From Cycas panzhihuaensis (lineage: Eukaryota; Plantae; Cycadophyta), in contig CM041465.1 of the NCBI GenBank assembly GCA_023213395.1, forward strand, positions 217,627,741-217,691,740: a stretch of DNA of 64,000 nt, given 5' to 3'. Shown piece after piece: positions 38,333 through 51,916 of this stretch (positions are counted from its first letter, which is position 1; each line of letters starts with the position of its first letter). Under the pieces are notes generated by a model, which was given only the letters and a program-made list of their open reading frames with translations, had not been told where the DNA came from and made no database searches. Made by a program: the position numbers and the translations under genes.

Positions 38333-40075
38333 GCCTTGGAGAGAGTAAAGACTCATGAGAATGAGGGAGCTACCATCAAGGAGCTAGTTAGCTAATTAGA
38401 TGATGTTGGATGGGGGATTCTGCAAGCATGTGGCTTGGTGAGGGCAAGTGCCTCAACTTAGCTAGTCATGGAGCATGAGGTACTATATGATTTTGTGAGT
38501 TGTTGGATTCCAGGGTGTCACGTATTTAGGGTTCAAGGTATTAGAGATCTAGAGACCACTCCAAGGGATGTAGGGAGGATCATGGGAGTGAGTTGGCATA
38601 GGGAGAGGGTTCATCTCATTAGAGTCATAAATGAGGAATCCCAAATGGCATGTAACACTTATTTGATTAAATTCACTAATTAGATAGACAAGCATGGGAT
38701 TTCAATCGAGGTTATATGAGTAGCAGATGGAGTCTCAATAGTGAGGAGGATTATTGCTCTCATCATTACATATCAGATAGCTAGGATATAGAATTTTATA
38801 GGGATCCCAGTTTAGTGGATAGGGATAGTAAGACAATATGAGTAGGGGATCTAGATTAATTGGGGGCAGTACATGGTAGATAATATTAGTCACCAACTAT
38901 TAAAGATCTAGAGGATAGGTAAAGGTGGCTTCTCGTACAGTTTAATCCTTATGTGCTAGCTCTATGATCACATTCCACTCATGCAACCAAGAGGAGATCC
39001 ATGAGTATTGACATTGATAGATCTAGGGATGAATAGGTAGTACATGAGATCGAGGATCTTCAATAGACCGATGATCATCGTGAGGATGACTCACAGTCCC
39101 GTGCTCATTAGGATGACAAGGAGGCAGCTCATTGAGGATGCTTATGCTAAGCTCCCAGTGTGGAGCAACGATGAGATGGATGTTGTAGAGGGACCAATAG
39201 TAGAGGAAGCTCTAGTGGTAGGGAAAGGGAGAGGAGGAGGACATGACGAAGGGGCACATTGTGGTAGAGGTATTGGGAGAGGAGAGGAGCCATGGCAAGG
39301 AGGTAGGGTAGGTGCTTCCTCTAGTGATGGAGTAGGTATCACTTGACAGGTGCTTAGATAGGGAGGTGGAGCACTTATAGAGAGGAGAGAGGACTCCATT
39401 CAGAGTATGGAGTTAGGATCTTTCAATGAGTAGGGTAGGGATAGAGGGAGTGGAGTTAGTGAGGGAGGAGCTAGATAGGAGGCTTGCCTAGAGCCATAGG
39501 TAGGAGAGGCACCACCAGTTAGAGAGGTAGTAGGTGAGGAGCCAACAGGAGGCAGATCTCTAGGTATATGATTTGATTGATTGATTTCTCATATCATATT
39601 ACATTCCTTTTATTTTTAGAGTTTATTTTCTTCTCCAAGGGACTAATTATATATGACATGTTTCTTGTTGGATAGGCGATGAGACAGTTACCTTGAGGTA
39701 GGTGCAAAGGACTCTGAAGGTGATCTTCCCATACATTCCAGCATTGGATGAGGTCCTCACTTGGAATGTAGTAGATCACAAATTGCTAGGAAATTAGATA
39801 GAGTACTATTGCCATGCATTGAGAGCTCAAGACCTTTATATGGACATGAGGATGGAGTTGCAGAGGTAAGAGATGGAGCTGAGAGCATGTGAGGAGGAGA
39901 GAAGACACATGTGGAGGATGACACTAGGTTAAGTAGAGGCTTGATATACTCCATCAGTTAGTAGTATAGTACAGTAGGAGCGGCACCATCTCCCACCTAG
40001 AGGAGAGTCTCCTTGTGGGGAGACTTCTAACAGGAGATAGAGAGCAACTCTAGACATGCCTCAAGGATCATAAAG
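38333..40075 (+). pseudogene. PMD (aminotransferase-like plant mobile domain) gene of the Tat element, antisense, spliced
   Basis: VLYDFVSCWIPGCHVF..ETTPRDVGRIMGV fits the PMD W..F..T..DV..I.G pattern, followed by a G/E/R-rich linker and coiled-coil-like tail. Acceptor TGCAG at 38328-38332; intron GT 39564 to AG 39675. Confidence 0.7.
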
Positions 40076-41089
40076 ATAAGTGTATGATATGTTATCTAGG
40101 AGGTAGGAGGATGATATAAGGCATTTTGTGAGCCTCGAGTATGAATGTGTATATCATGTATCATGTGTCATGTATCATGGATCATGTATCATGGATCATG
40201 TATGATGGGTCACCTAGGTGATAGATGTACCATATTTTTGTCATGATGTATATAGTGATCTTCTTTCTTAAACCTTATGTACTATTACTTATCTCTAAAG
40301 CTTTTATCCCCATTATTACCATTTACATTTGAGCATAGGATACATTCACTCGTGTGACTTGTCCAAGGAAATATGTAATAATTTTTATTATTTTTTATTT
40401 TTTTGTTCTTTTGTGGTTATATACCTTTTTTTAAATTTTTGTAATACTATATACATGATAGTCTATACTCTTTTCAGAGTAGTATGGTTTAGGAAAGACA
40501 AGATTATAGGAAAGAATGAAAACTAGGAGATAAATAAAAGATTAAAATGGGGTAAGTGAAAGGTTTACTTATTCTATTTTTATAAACTTAAAACCACATG
40601 AAATACAAATAGTAATAAGTTTATAAAAGAAAAAGATGGAATAATATAAGTCTCCTAAAAGGAAACTCATATAACTCATATCATACCCCTAATAGATTAT
40701 ATAAACATAGGATAATCTCACATTCACATAATATATCATGAAGAAAGTAAGTCATTTAGCAAACAAAACTAATTTCACTCAATAAACGACTAACTACTTG
40801 AGTATATTGGATTATTCATTGGCTCCTTCCAAGGGTAAGAAGCTTTTAGGAACTTACCCCCTACCAAGATCCTCTATAGTCTAAGATTTCCACGTGGGTC
40901 TATCCCTTTCACATGTCTCACTTCAGTCTTATACCCATTTCCATAATTTCCCAACTACCATGACCTATAGTCTGACCAAACTGATAGTCTATACTCATCG
41001 TGGAATGGTAGTTTATACTAATTATAGAGTAGGGTTCCCCTAACTAGAAGAAACAAGTCAATCAAAATGATCATCAAGGATCAAGGAAA

Positions 41090-41522
41090 TGAGGGTGTCA
41101 TCTTTGAGATTAAAAGAACTAGGTATGTATTAGATAGTCATTGAAGCAAATAGAGACAACAATTATGAGGCCTAATGATGCAAAAAAAGGAATCATAGAG
41201 AGTAGACCTGGTACATCCCAATTAACTGATAAACCACAACCTAAGAATCATCATATAAAGTAATAGGTTTGAGGTAAAAGTGAGAGACATCTAATAAGGG
41301 TCCTATAATTATAAGATATTCAACTTCATTATTCGTTTCCCTAGGTATGAAAAAACCTATAGAAAAGAGGGGACTTCCTAATAGGTCATAAATTACCCAA
41401 GCAAAAGAAGATGATCCTAGGTTTCCTCTACTACCCTTATTGGTGAAGATACTCAATGCCATAGGAATAAGAGGATCAAACTTGGAGACTATGTGATCAA
41501 TGAGGAAAGGTGTAAGTATCAA
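41090..41522 (-). pseudogene. Additional (archaeal-type) RNase H downstream of integrase
   Basis: IFTNKGSRGNLGSSSFAWVI..ETNNEVEYL..LYDDS*VVVYQLIGMYQV..YIPSSFNLKDDTL matches the DG.S.GN.G / TNN.AEY / GDS..V..Q..G / H.PR..N..AD pattern. Confidence 0.85.
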
Positions 41523-42440
41523 TCAATAAGGAGATGGTGATAGAGATAGATCTCTAACTGTGATGAAGGAAGAAGAAGGAACCCAAGTAAGATGATTATG
41601 ATCAAAGTGTCAAGTAGGATTTGATCATAACTAAGTCCATAGTGGACCCAAGTAGCTAGATCCAAAAATCCTAAATGACTCATCCAAATGAACCCAACCT
41701 ATAGATAGATAGGTAGGGACAAAGTTGTCACGCGACTTGCCCTAGATTACAAGAGGATGAAAACAATAAACTTACTTTTTACTTTTTTTTTTTTTTTGCT
41801 TCACTTTCTTTTTTTTTTTTACTTCTCACTTCCACCTTTTATAAGAATAAGATCATAATTATCTTCGTAAGAAACTCTTCTACTCAACATAATAAGGATT
41901 TCTCCTTTTTAATAGAATCTAGAAAGGGAAAGGGGTCAATCTCCTTAAGGAATGAACCGCAGAAAGTAAAGAGGAAATAAAAATCATGGTATCTCCAAGC
42001 GTGAAGGGAAGGTGGTAAAATAAGTATCTATTCCAAAGAAATAATAAAGAGAACTGAGGATAATAAAAAATGATTAACAACTGGTGATATATGATTAAAA
42101 AGGAAATTCCAAAGTAACCGATTAGCAAATGAAAGTAAGCTCTGAATCAATAAGGTAACAAATTGGTAAATGAAAGTAAACTCTTAGTGAATGAGTGAAT
42201 ACTCAAAGCTGACAAAGGCATTTCTCTTTCCAAGATAAAAGTATAATAAAACTAGGGACCTAAGTTCTCTTTTGAGTGTAGAACTCAAAGGAGAATGAGA
42301 TCCAAGTGATGGTAAACTCACAATCAGTGTAGGGGCTAGAAAAAGTGAATGACTTACATGATCATGGGCTAGATCTATCATAAAAACACCATAATGCTTA
42401 ATGAAATCAAGAAAATATTAGAAAGAAGAGAGGGTTTACC

Positions 42441-42572
42441 CATAGTTTTAGCTCGTTAGGTAAAGGTATAAGTTTTGGAGCCATAGATTAGAAAGAAAGA
42501 AGACGTTTGCCCATAGTTTTAGCTCATTACATAAAGGAACAAGCTTCAAAGCCATAGTTTATCCTCATTACG
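42441..42572. repeat. Second CATAGTTT-N3-CTC motif cluster, directly after the pol stop
   Basis: Copies at 42441, 42512 and 42553 (partial copy at 42482). Confidence 0.85.
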
Positions 42573-42593
42573 AAGGTAGTTATGTGCATGCTA

Positions 42594-45500
42594 CTAAGTA
42601 TAAAATCTTCTCAAATATTGAGAATTAATAGGCCTCTTAAACTCTAATCCTTCCAATGTTGAAATCTGATAGGCTCTATTAGTTAAATCCTTAATTATCA
42701 AGAAAGGTCTTGTCTATTTAGGAGAAAACTTTCATTGCCTATTGTTCAAACATTCCAATTTTAAAACTTTATCGCTAATGTTAAACTTCCTAGGCCTAAG
42801 CTACCTATTGTGTGTAGATTGGACTCTTGCCTTGGACACCACATTATTCTACAAAGCTTGCAAGTGAATCTCATCTAACTTTTCCAGCTCCAAAAGGCGA
42901 GCTTCCCTTTGGAACTACTCATCAGTAAATTCCTTTAATGAGATGCGTAGAGAAGGAATTTTCACTTCTAATGGTAAAACAACTTTGACACCATAAACAA
43001 GGGAGAATGTGTCATACCTATAGCATTTCTGATGGTAATCCTATAGGCCCACAATGCCAAAAATAACTCGGACTGCCAATCCCTGTGAGAAATGGTAGCA
43101 GTCTTAGCCAAAATCTTAGCTAAGATCTTATTAAATACTTCTACCTAGCCATTCGCCTAAGGATGATATGGGGTAGATATTCTATGGGTAATATGAAACT
43201 TATTACATAGTTCATTGACATAGGGATTACAAAATGAGATTCCATTGTCAGTAATGATAACATCTGATATCCCAAATTGACAAATAATATGTTAAAATAT
43301 GAAACTAGTGGTGATCTTTCCAGTAGCATAGATTAATGGGATAGCTTCACTCCACTTTGCAAAGTATTCAGTTGTGGTTAGAATAAACTTATGCCCATTT
43401 GAAGATGTTAAAAAGATCTATCTAGTGAGGTCAAAACCCCATTAGGAGAAAGGCCAAGGTGAAACTATTGATTTCATTTCCTGTGTAGGTTGATGTATTA
43501 AAGTTGTATGGGACTGGTATTTCTAGAATTTTTGGATATAGGAGTGGGCATCCTTAAATAAAGTGGGCCAATAATAACCCATATGAAGAATGTATTGGGC
43601 CATCGATCAACCACTAAAATGCCCACCACATATCCCCTCATGGGACTCTGTTAAAGTAACTAAGGATTCATCAGGTAAAAGGCACCTTAGTAGAACTCCA
43701 TCAAAAGAACGCTTATATAAGGTATCATCAAGTAAAAGGTATTGCCTAACAGTAGCATGAATTCCTCTTCTCTTCTTTGAGGTAGCAAGAGAAGAAAAAG
43801 ATTGATCATGAAGATATAATCTAATCTCTCCATACCATGGATCATTAAAAGGGATGCTCTAGATATGGAATATATGCTCATGTAGGAGGGAATCATTAAC
43901 GAGTTGGTAAGCATGATTTGGAAAAGGGGCATCGGCCATAATCTCTAGAATGATCATGCCTTTCTTAGACTTTCTATTGATTGCTTGTAAATCAAATTCT
44001 TGAAGTGATAAAGACCACTTACGCAGTCAACCTATAAGGTTAGACTTAGTAAGTAAATACCTTATAGGATTAGATTGGATAATGAGGTGGACCTTATTCC
44101 CAAGGAGGTAGTGGTAAAGCTTCTTAGTAGTAAAAACTAAGGCAAGACATTCTTTCTCAGGAAAAGGATAATGAAGCTTAGCTACCACGAGGGTCCTACT
44201 AATGAAATATATAATCCTCTCTTTACCAAAATCATCTTCTTGTGCTAACATATTTGCTAGTGACTCCTTAATAGTTGAAGTGTATAGAATGAATGGCTTA
44301 TCAAACCTTGGTAGAGCAAGAACTAGAGTAGAAACCAAGGCTTGCTTTAGCCTATCAAAGGACTCTTGAACTTAAGTAGTCCATTGCAATTCAACATCTT
44401 TTTTCAAAAGATTAATAATAGGTTTAGCATCTAAGGCAAAGTCAGTAATGAAATATTTTAGAAAACCAAGCCTATGTAGAAAAGATTTAATCTATTTTTG
44501 GGTCTTAAGAGGACACATTTGAATGATAGCCTCAATCTTTTTGGGATCGATAGTAATCCCATCTTGAGAAACAATATTTCCCAACATCTTTCTTAATGTA
44601 ATGATAAGAACACATTTGGAAGGGTTTAAGCACAAGCGATACTTTTTACATCTTTCAAAAATGGTTCTCAAATCACGTAAATAATTGGATCTTTTGCAAG
44701 AAAGGGCAAGAATATCATCTAAATAAATAGTAATAATATTGCCAATTAGGTCATGGAAGATGTGAACCATAGGCCTTTGATATATTGCACCAGCATTCTT
44801 TAATCTGAAAGGCATGACTTTGTAAACAAAGGTGCCCTAAAGAGTAGTAAAAGTGGTCTTATGGCAGTCACAAGGTGTAATAGAAATATGATTATATCCT
44901 AAAAATCTGTCCATAAGAGACATTACCTCAAAACCAATCATCTGGTCCCAAATCTGATCAAGAAAGGGAAGAGGAAAATTATCTTTTGGACATGCATCAT
45001 TGATGTCATAAAAGTTGATGCAAATCTAAATCATACCATTCTTCTTTGCTACAGGAACTATGTTAGAGACCCATTGGGAGTAATCGACACTCTCAATGAA
45101 TCTAGCTACTAACAACTTCTCCACTTCTTGCTTAATTACAAGAGAGAGGTGTGGATGAATAGGACATTGCTTTTGCTATTTGGGTTTTGGGCTAAGAATA
45201 ATAGTAATATTGTGTTCAATAATTTATGAGTCAAGGCCTTGCATGTCCTTATAGTCCCATGTAAAAATTGAGCAGAACTCATGGAAGAGATCCTTAAACT
45301 AGGTGATCTCTTAGGGAGTGCAACTAGCTCCCAACTTGATAATTCTAGGGCTATCCTCTATTTCTAAATCTACGTCAATGGTTTATTCCAAAAGCATTGT
45401 ATTCCCTTCCTCAAAATAAGGAGGAGTAGGTTTAATAAAAGAGGTAGATTCTTGGGGTTAATAATGATCAATTATAACTTTAGAAAACCCTAACTTGTGA

Positions 45501-48500
45501 TGTCCGAAAACTAGGAGATAAACCTATTAAATACTTAATGATCACTTTATCATTCTCAAAATGGTCAAGGTGAAAGAGGTTGACAAGGTGAAAGTTCTTA
45601 GATTGAGAAACATAAGATGAAAGAAGACCAACTAAAGAGTTTAGAATGGGCATAAACTCTATGATCGATTTTACTTGAGAAAAGATGATAGGCTTATCTA
45701 TAAACTCCCAAATTGAAGAAAAAGCTTGAATAAACTCTTAATCATACATGCTATAATCAAGGTGGGATCTAGATATCAAGACAAGAGAAGATATAGGATG
45801 ATCCAAATGAGGATGGGAAAGTAAAGATAGTATAAATGGATTTAACTTCCCATACTATAGTGGAGATTCCAAAACTAGCTTGACCTCTATCAAGTAAACG
45901 AGTATCTTTATCATCTGATACTAGGTCTGGGTGTCGATGCAATAACTTCTTCTTCTCATACCTATTCCACCATGTCTTAAATAAAGGGGAAGAAGAGAAT
46001 AATATGGAAGCATGAACATGTGAATCATACGCAACAATACTTGAGGAAATAGTTGCAAGGTGAGTGGTCAAGGAAGGAACCATTGAATTTGCTGTTGAGG
46101 GTAAACACAAAACCTATGAAAAATGAGTGTAAATAGGACTTGTATCAACAAGGTCACTTAGGGATAGAACTTGATAAGGTATGATAGAATGAGAAGCCAT
46201 TTCTTCATCTAAGATAGAAGAAGAAGGAATCAGAAGGCAATCAGTCAAGTCTAAAGGAATAGGAATGGATGGGGAACTTGATGATAAAGGAATAACTTTA
46301 ACTAAATCCACATCCTTCATTTCTAGGTGAGTTGAAGGGGCTTTGATAGCAAAGTACTGACCTATACCAAGTGATTGAAAGAAATACTCTACAAAGTTGG
46401 AGGATTCACCAGGTTCTGAAAAGGTCTCAATGAGAGAAATTGATTGCTTAATAGGTTTTGGCTTCCATTTAACGATCTTGAGCTCTCCCTTATGGATGAA
46501 CCTGAGTTCACTGAAAATGGACAAATAAACTACTACCATTTGGGTGATCCATGGTCTACCCAAAACAATATTATATTCTAAATCCAAGTCAATGATAGTA
46601 AGGTCAGTAAACACTATCTTATCTTCCAACATGAGGGGAAGAGTAACTTGACCTAAGGGCACCTTTTGATTCTTATCATACCCTTGGCAGATTCATTCAT
46701 ATGGATCAAAGATGGAAATTTCTAAATCATCGATAAGATAAAGAGGGATTACATTGATGGATGATCCCTTATCAATGATAACCCATTTGATATGAATATG
46801 ATCCTTGATGATCTCAACGTAAAATGAGGGAATGTCATTCGGCACATGGACAAAATGACTAGGCAAGGTAGCAAGGTCAAAAGAAAGGGTAGAAGTAGGT
46901 GAAGAAGCTACTACACAGACTCCTAGTACATCAAATAAAAATTAATATTACTTAGGGCAAAACTTGAGTAAATCAATAACTGATATTCCCACGGGAATGG
47001 TCTTTAATTCTTATACCAAAGAGAAAGATCCATCCTTTAAACTAGAAGGAATAGACCTAAACCTAATGGGATGGGGGGTACTAGAGTTAAAGAGTTAGGA
47101 TTCTTTTCCATCAAATCATCGGATAATTTAGATGGACCTACACTCTTTGAAGTCTCCACCATATTTATGGTTCTCTTGGTCTCCCCGCCTTTGAGATGTG
47201 GGCAAGATTGATCGATGTTTCTTCTTGCTTGAACATTTCTAGTAGTGGTAGTCTTCTTTAATGAATTAGAGCTTAAAGGTCCATCTTTATCATCTTGTAT
47301 TTTCTTCCCCTTGCCTTTATCTTCTTTACTAGTTTTCTCATTACGTTGAGGTAACAGGTCCTTATGGATCATTTGATCTTACAGTGACTTGGAAGAATAA
47401 TTCACTTAAGCATTCATGTTATGGATTGCATTTTGAATAGTTTGGCACTCACTTCTATCATGTGCATGAGTCTGATAATAGGAGCACCATTTCATCTTTC
47501 TAGATGAAGGAGGAGGTGGGGGAGGAGCTTGTTTCTTCCTCCCCTTGGTCAAGTGAATTACTTTGGTCTTTTGAGAGGATTGACTAGGAGATGGACCATC
47601 AACATGTAACTTAGTATTGATCACACACTCAAGTGATCTAATTAAAGAAGTAAGATGATCATATATAGGCTTAAGATGGGTAGCCTTCATAGGATGAACT
47701 AGATCTTTAGAAGGTGCAAGTTTCCCAACCTTCTTAATACCCACTTGTATTTTAAATGTCTCTAAATCCAAACAGCGGTCAACTGCTTCGTCATACATTT
47801 GAGGACTAAGTTTTAAAACTTCCAAATGTACATGGGGCCTCAACACATTTGTAAATAGATCAAACAATAAACTGGGATCAAGATGTGAATAGTAAGCGTG
47901 AACTTGATCTTGAAATCTCCTAATAAAATCCCTTGAAGTTTCATAATTATTTTGTTTAATTACTAACAAAGATTTGATGCTTGACTCTAATAGTCTCACC
48001 ACATCAAAATAGTTGATGAAGGAATCAACTAGTTGTTAGAACAAGAGGATTGAAGTTGAAGCAAGATGATAAAACCACTTCAAGGCATCGCCTTGAAGCA
48101 ATTTAGGAAATAGACATATCATAACATGATCATATGGCATAAAATCTGTGCAAGTAAATGCAAATGCTTGTATATGGGAGGCAAGGTTTTGAGAAGAGTC
48201 ACCAAAATTTTTGGGTAATTCAGGAAGGAATGGGGGCGTAGGTAACAATAAGACCTCATGTAGGAAGGGAGACTTCATATAATCTAAGAATGGCCTTCTT
48301 GGCTATAACATAGTAGGACGTTGAGGTAAGGATGATGGATGAGGAATAGATAAATGAATAGGTTATTAAGATTGTGGTTGTTTTTGTAAAACATCATGAA
48401 GTAAAAAAGTAGAGGGAGAAACAAACCATGCTGTGGGGTTAACCACAAAATTAGTTTGAGGTATGAGGTTTTTTAGGAAACTTAAATTAAAGGTATAAAA

Positions 48501-49480
48501 AGGTTTAGTTTATGGGATAGGACTAGGAATATGTAAAGAGGAAGTGGGATTAGAAGTCCTCAAAAGTTGTGATTGACCTACCAAAGCATGTGGATGTGGT
48601 AATTGAGTATAAGAAACATGTTGTGACTAGGAAATCATGTTAGACACTCTAGGTGATGGTGGGTGAGGCCTAATACCATGTGACCTAATGGTATGTGATA
48701 TATAAAGGGGTACCTAAGTGGTAGAATAAATAGGATGTGAAGAGGTAATCCTAGTAAAATAAGACCGAATTGGTTGTAAATTAGGTGAGGCCATAACCAC
48801 TTGAATAGAAGTGGGCATGTGCATAGTGCTAGGAATGCCATAAGTAATAGTAATGGAATCACCTCCATGAGTAAGAGGTATGGAGTAGGAAGAATGGACC
48901 TAAATCTACTGCCTAGGAGAAAATTGACAGGGTTGTGAATAGGTTAATTTATGATTGCCAACTTCTTCCATAAGCAGAGAATGTGGTCATGACAGATGTT
49001 TTAGTGAAGGAGGATGAGAAGGGCGAGGGGATCGCATGGGTTTAGGTGGAGGGTCTACCTTAATCAACTCATAGTCTTCACCTAAAATATCAATCTAAAT
49101 ATGTTATGATAAAGATAATATGGTATGAGTCTCCAAGTGGAATGGATTATGATCACCAGGTATACGTAGTGGATTAGGGATCCTAGTAAGAATCAACTCA
49201 AGAAAAGGTGGATGTAATTAAGTAGAAGGTGGTTCTTTCTATAAGAAAGAAGGATCTATAAAAGAAGGATCACCAAGATACTATGAAGGATCTAGATATC
49301 CCTGCTCCATCGGTATGTTATATAGTTGAGTTGAATCTTCAAGAGGATAAACGTATGTGTCATGTTCTTGAAACTCTGAGGATTCAGTATACGATGATGA
49401 AACATCCTAACCAAAGTGTAATGGGCATATTTGAGAATCAAGCGGGAGGTCTTGAAGTCTCAATGAGAACCTAGGTATAG
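42594..49480 (-). pseudogene. Tat element gag-pol: gag, protease, RT, RNase H, integrase
   Basis: CLFPKLLQGDALKWF (gag), KWCSYYQTHAHDRSEC (knuckle), IIDKGSSINV and YNIVLGRPWI (protease), MPFRLKNAGAIYQR..IYLDDI (RT), ESLANMLAQ..YPFPEKECLAL (RH), HEGICGGHF..GYYWPT..WPFS and ALWAYR (INT). 5' start approximate. Confidence 0.95.
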
Positions 49481-49514
49481 GTGTTGTTATTTTAATTAAA
49501 GATAAATGGTGGTT

Positions 49515-49531
49515 ACCCAGTATGGTCATCA
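49515..49531 (-). promoter_or_regulatory. Decayed PBS, tRNA-Arg type
   Basis: Reverse complement TGATGACCATACTGGGT, 6 nt from the LTR end; resembles the Tat/Ogre TGGCGAC....CTGGGGA PBS after CG decay. Confidence 0.65.
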
Positions 49532-49537
49532 GAAATA

Positions 49538-51916
49538 TGGTGGTGTTCAAGGGGGCTCTTAGGTTTGATCCTTAGCAAGGTTGCCAAAAAGATGATTGGG
49601 GCATAAAGGGGACTAAAACATAATATCTCTTAATTTCTTTAGTGATTAAAGTTGGGAGACACAAAGCTCAAGAGGGCGTAAAGGACGATATTTGCCCACC
49701 TCCTAAGGAGGAGTCTTCACCTAGTAGTGCCACCTACCTAAGTGTGAGAGGGTACGATGAAAGGTATGTATATGAAATGGGGTGATAAAATTCAGTAACT
49801 TATATGACTTGATGAAGGAGTTCTAAGTTCATAACCGCACTTACAATATCCCTAATATCGTTCCTAGGGATTCCTCTCTTATATTTATTTCAACCTTTTG
49901 AGTCTACTAAGATGTGAGAGAGGGTAGGCTAATGGAAATGATAGTTTGTCTTATTTAGGTTTCTAGGTTTTGGTATAGTTGCAAAGATGCAAAGCTAAGA
50001 GAGTAAGATAATACAACTAAAGAAACTACAAGGTCAAACTCACATAAATCTTTTTGTGTTTTTTTTTTTCTTTGTGTTTTTGTGTTTATGAAAATAAAAG
50101 CAAATAAACTAGAAATTATGCAAGCAAGCCCTTTTTATTTTTATTTTTTAAATGAAATATGCATATACAACTATGAGATAGGTTTCCTATATGCAACATA
50201 CATGATTCATTTTAAATAGGATGATTCTATGTAAAATATGAAAACAACCATATGATTTTTATGCAAATTTCTTTTAAAAGAGATTAATCAACATGCAAAA
50301 CTAGTCAATATGTTCCAACCTTGATGCATGCAACTAATTCTCTTTAAAAAGTGATGAAATAATGCACAAAAAGAGAGATTCTTAAAAGGAAACTACTATT
50401 GTTTTATGATAATTTTCAGACCTATGAGATGATAGACAAGTCATAAATCTAAACAATAATCATCCATAGTAGTAAAAGCTCTAAAAGGAATTCTTGAATG
50501 CAAAGTAAAACTAAAAATTAGAGATGTTTCAATTAAATAATACTATCAACTTTTCATTCTCAAGATAGAAGAGCTAACATGAAAATAAAAGTGCATGTAA
50601 TAACAAATACAAGATATTTCTTTCCTATTGTAAAGAACACCTCAGAATAACAATTTTCTTTTCACTTGACTAACTTTTCCACACACCTTCCTTTAAAGCA
50701 AGACCAAAGAAGAAAACATCAAAAATCTAAATAGGCTAAACTAGAGCCAAACAATGCTGAAAGAGAGTAGCAAACTAACTAAAATATAGGTTGTTATGAG
50801 AGAGTGGGAAGGAGTAGCTAGATGTATGGTGGAGAGATGACCATACCCCACCTTAGTCTATCCTTAAGGAACCCCACAAAGGGCTAACCGTTCAGCATAT
50901 ATTTCAATATCAAAAGTCCAAACAAGAGTACGAGAGTAATCAACGAGTAAAAAGAAATAACTCTAAGCCAAAATTACCTTGAATACACCATGAAATAAGA
51001 TTAAAACTCAATAGGAAAGATCTTACCAAATCAAGAGAAGTTTGAAGCATAAAACTTATGAAGATCCAAAAAAATAAAAGCTTATACTATCAACAATCAA
51101 GTATCAGTGACACATCAACAAAACTTCTTCAAGATTTCACCCAATAATCCTCAAAAAATTAAGTTTTCAAAGTCACAACAAAAGTTCTCAAGAAATCTCA
51201 AAAAACCTTCACAAAATCTCATAATACTAGAGAAAAAATCACTTCTTCTCTTCTTATTTTCAATCAATAATGACTCTTTAACACTTTTGGGCATCGAGAG
51301 AATCAAATCTCATCAAATCTGGGAGGCAACATGTAAACATTATGGTGATTTGCCTAATTTTTTGTTACATGATAGTGAAAAATATGATTCGTCACATTTT
51401 TCACCTACCAAAAATGTGACTTTATTCTAAAAACGTGACTAGTCGCATTTTTGATAAGGTGAAAAATGTGATTTCGGTAAAGTAAGAATTTGACTAAAAT
51501 TTGATATTCAATGAGCATTGAACCACAAAAATGAGTTTACTAAAGAGTAAATAAGTCTAAGATGAGGCAAAATGCATTATGTACAAGCCCAAAGAGTGAT
51601 AAATGACAAAATTATGGGTGAAATCTCGAAAATTAAAAAAAAATAACAAACTTTGAAAGAAACATGAGGTTAAGTTGATCATAAAGAAAACTTTGTTACC
51701 ATAGTTTATATCATTAGAAGAATAACAAGAATGCAGGCTATAACATCATTCATTACATTTCATCAATCAAAGATCACACATCATTTCGACAAAACAAGGC
51801 CCAATACATTAAATACAATTAACATACATCAATTACCATCTACAAAATCATATAACATACACCAATTTACCAACATAATCTAAATGCAAATAATGAGGCT
51901 AGGTTTTGGTGAAATA
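49538..51916 (-). repeat. 5' LTR of the Tat element (~2.38 kb)
   Basis: Direct repeat of 34128-36550; TGGTGG...GAAA(C/T)A ends. Confidence 0.95.

Larger units (their letters stand above)
34128..51916 (-). mobile_element. Structurally complete Tat-clade (non-chromovirus) Ty3/gypsy element, 17.8 kb
   Basis: LTRs 34128-36550 and 49538-51916 (14 differences in a 130-nt sample counted by eye). TSD ATAGT at 34123-34127 and 51917-51921. Arg-type PBS, PPT, gag-PR-RT-RH-INT, extra RNase H and antisense PMD. Confidence 0.95.

Noticed and set aside
45400-46120. Ogre-type intron between protease and RT
   Set aside because: A long spacer is present, but splice sites cannot be assigned reliably in such decayed sequence.
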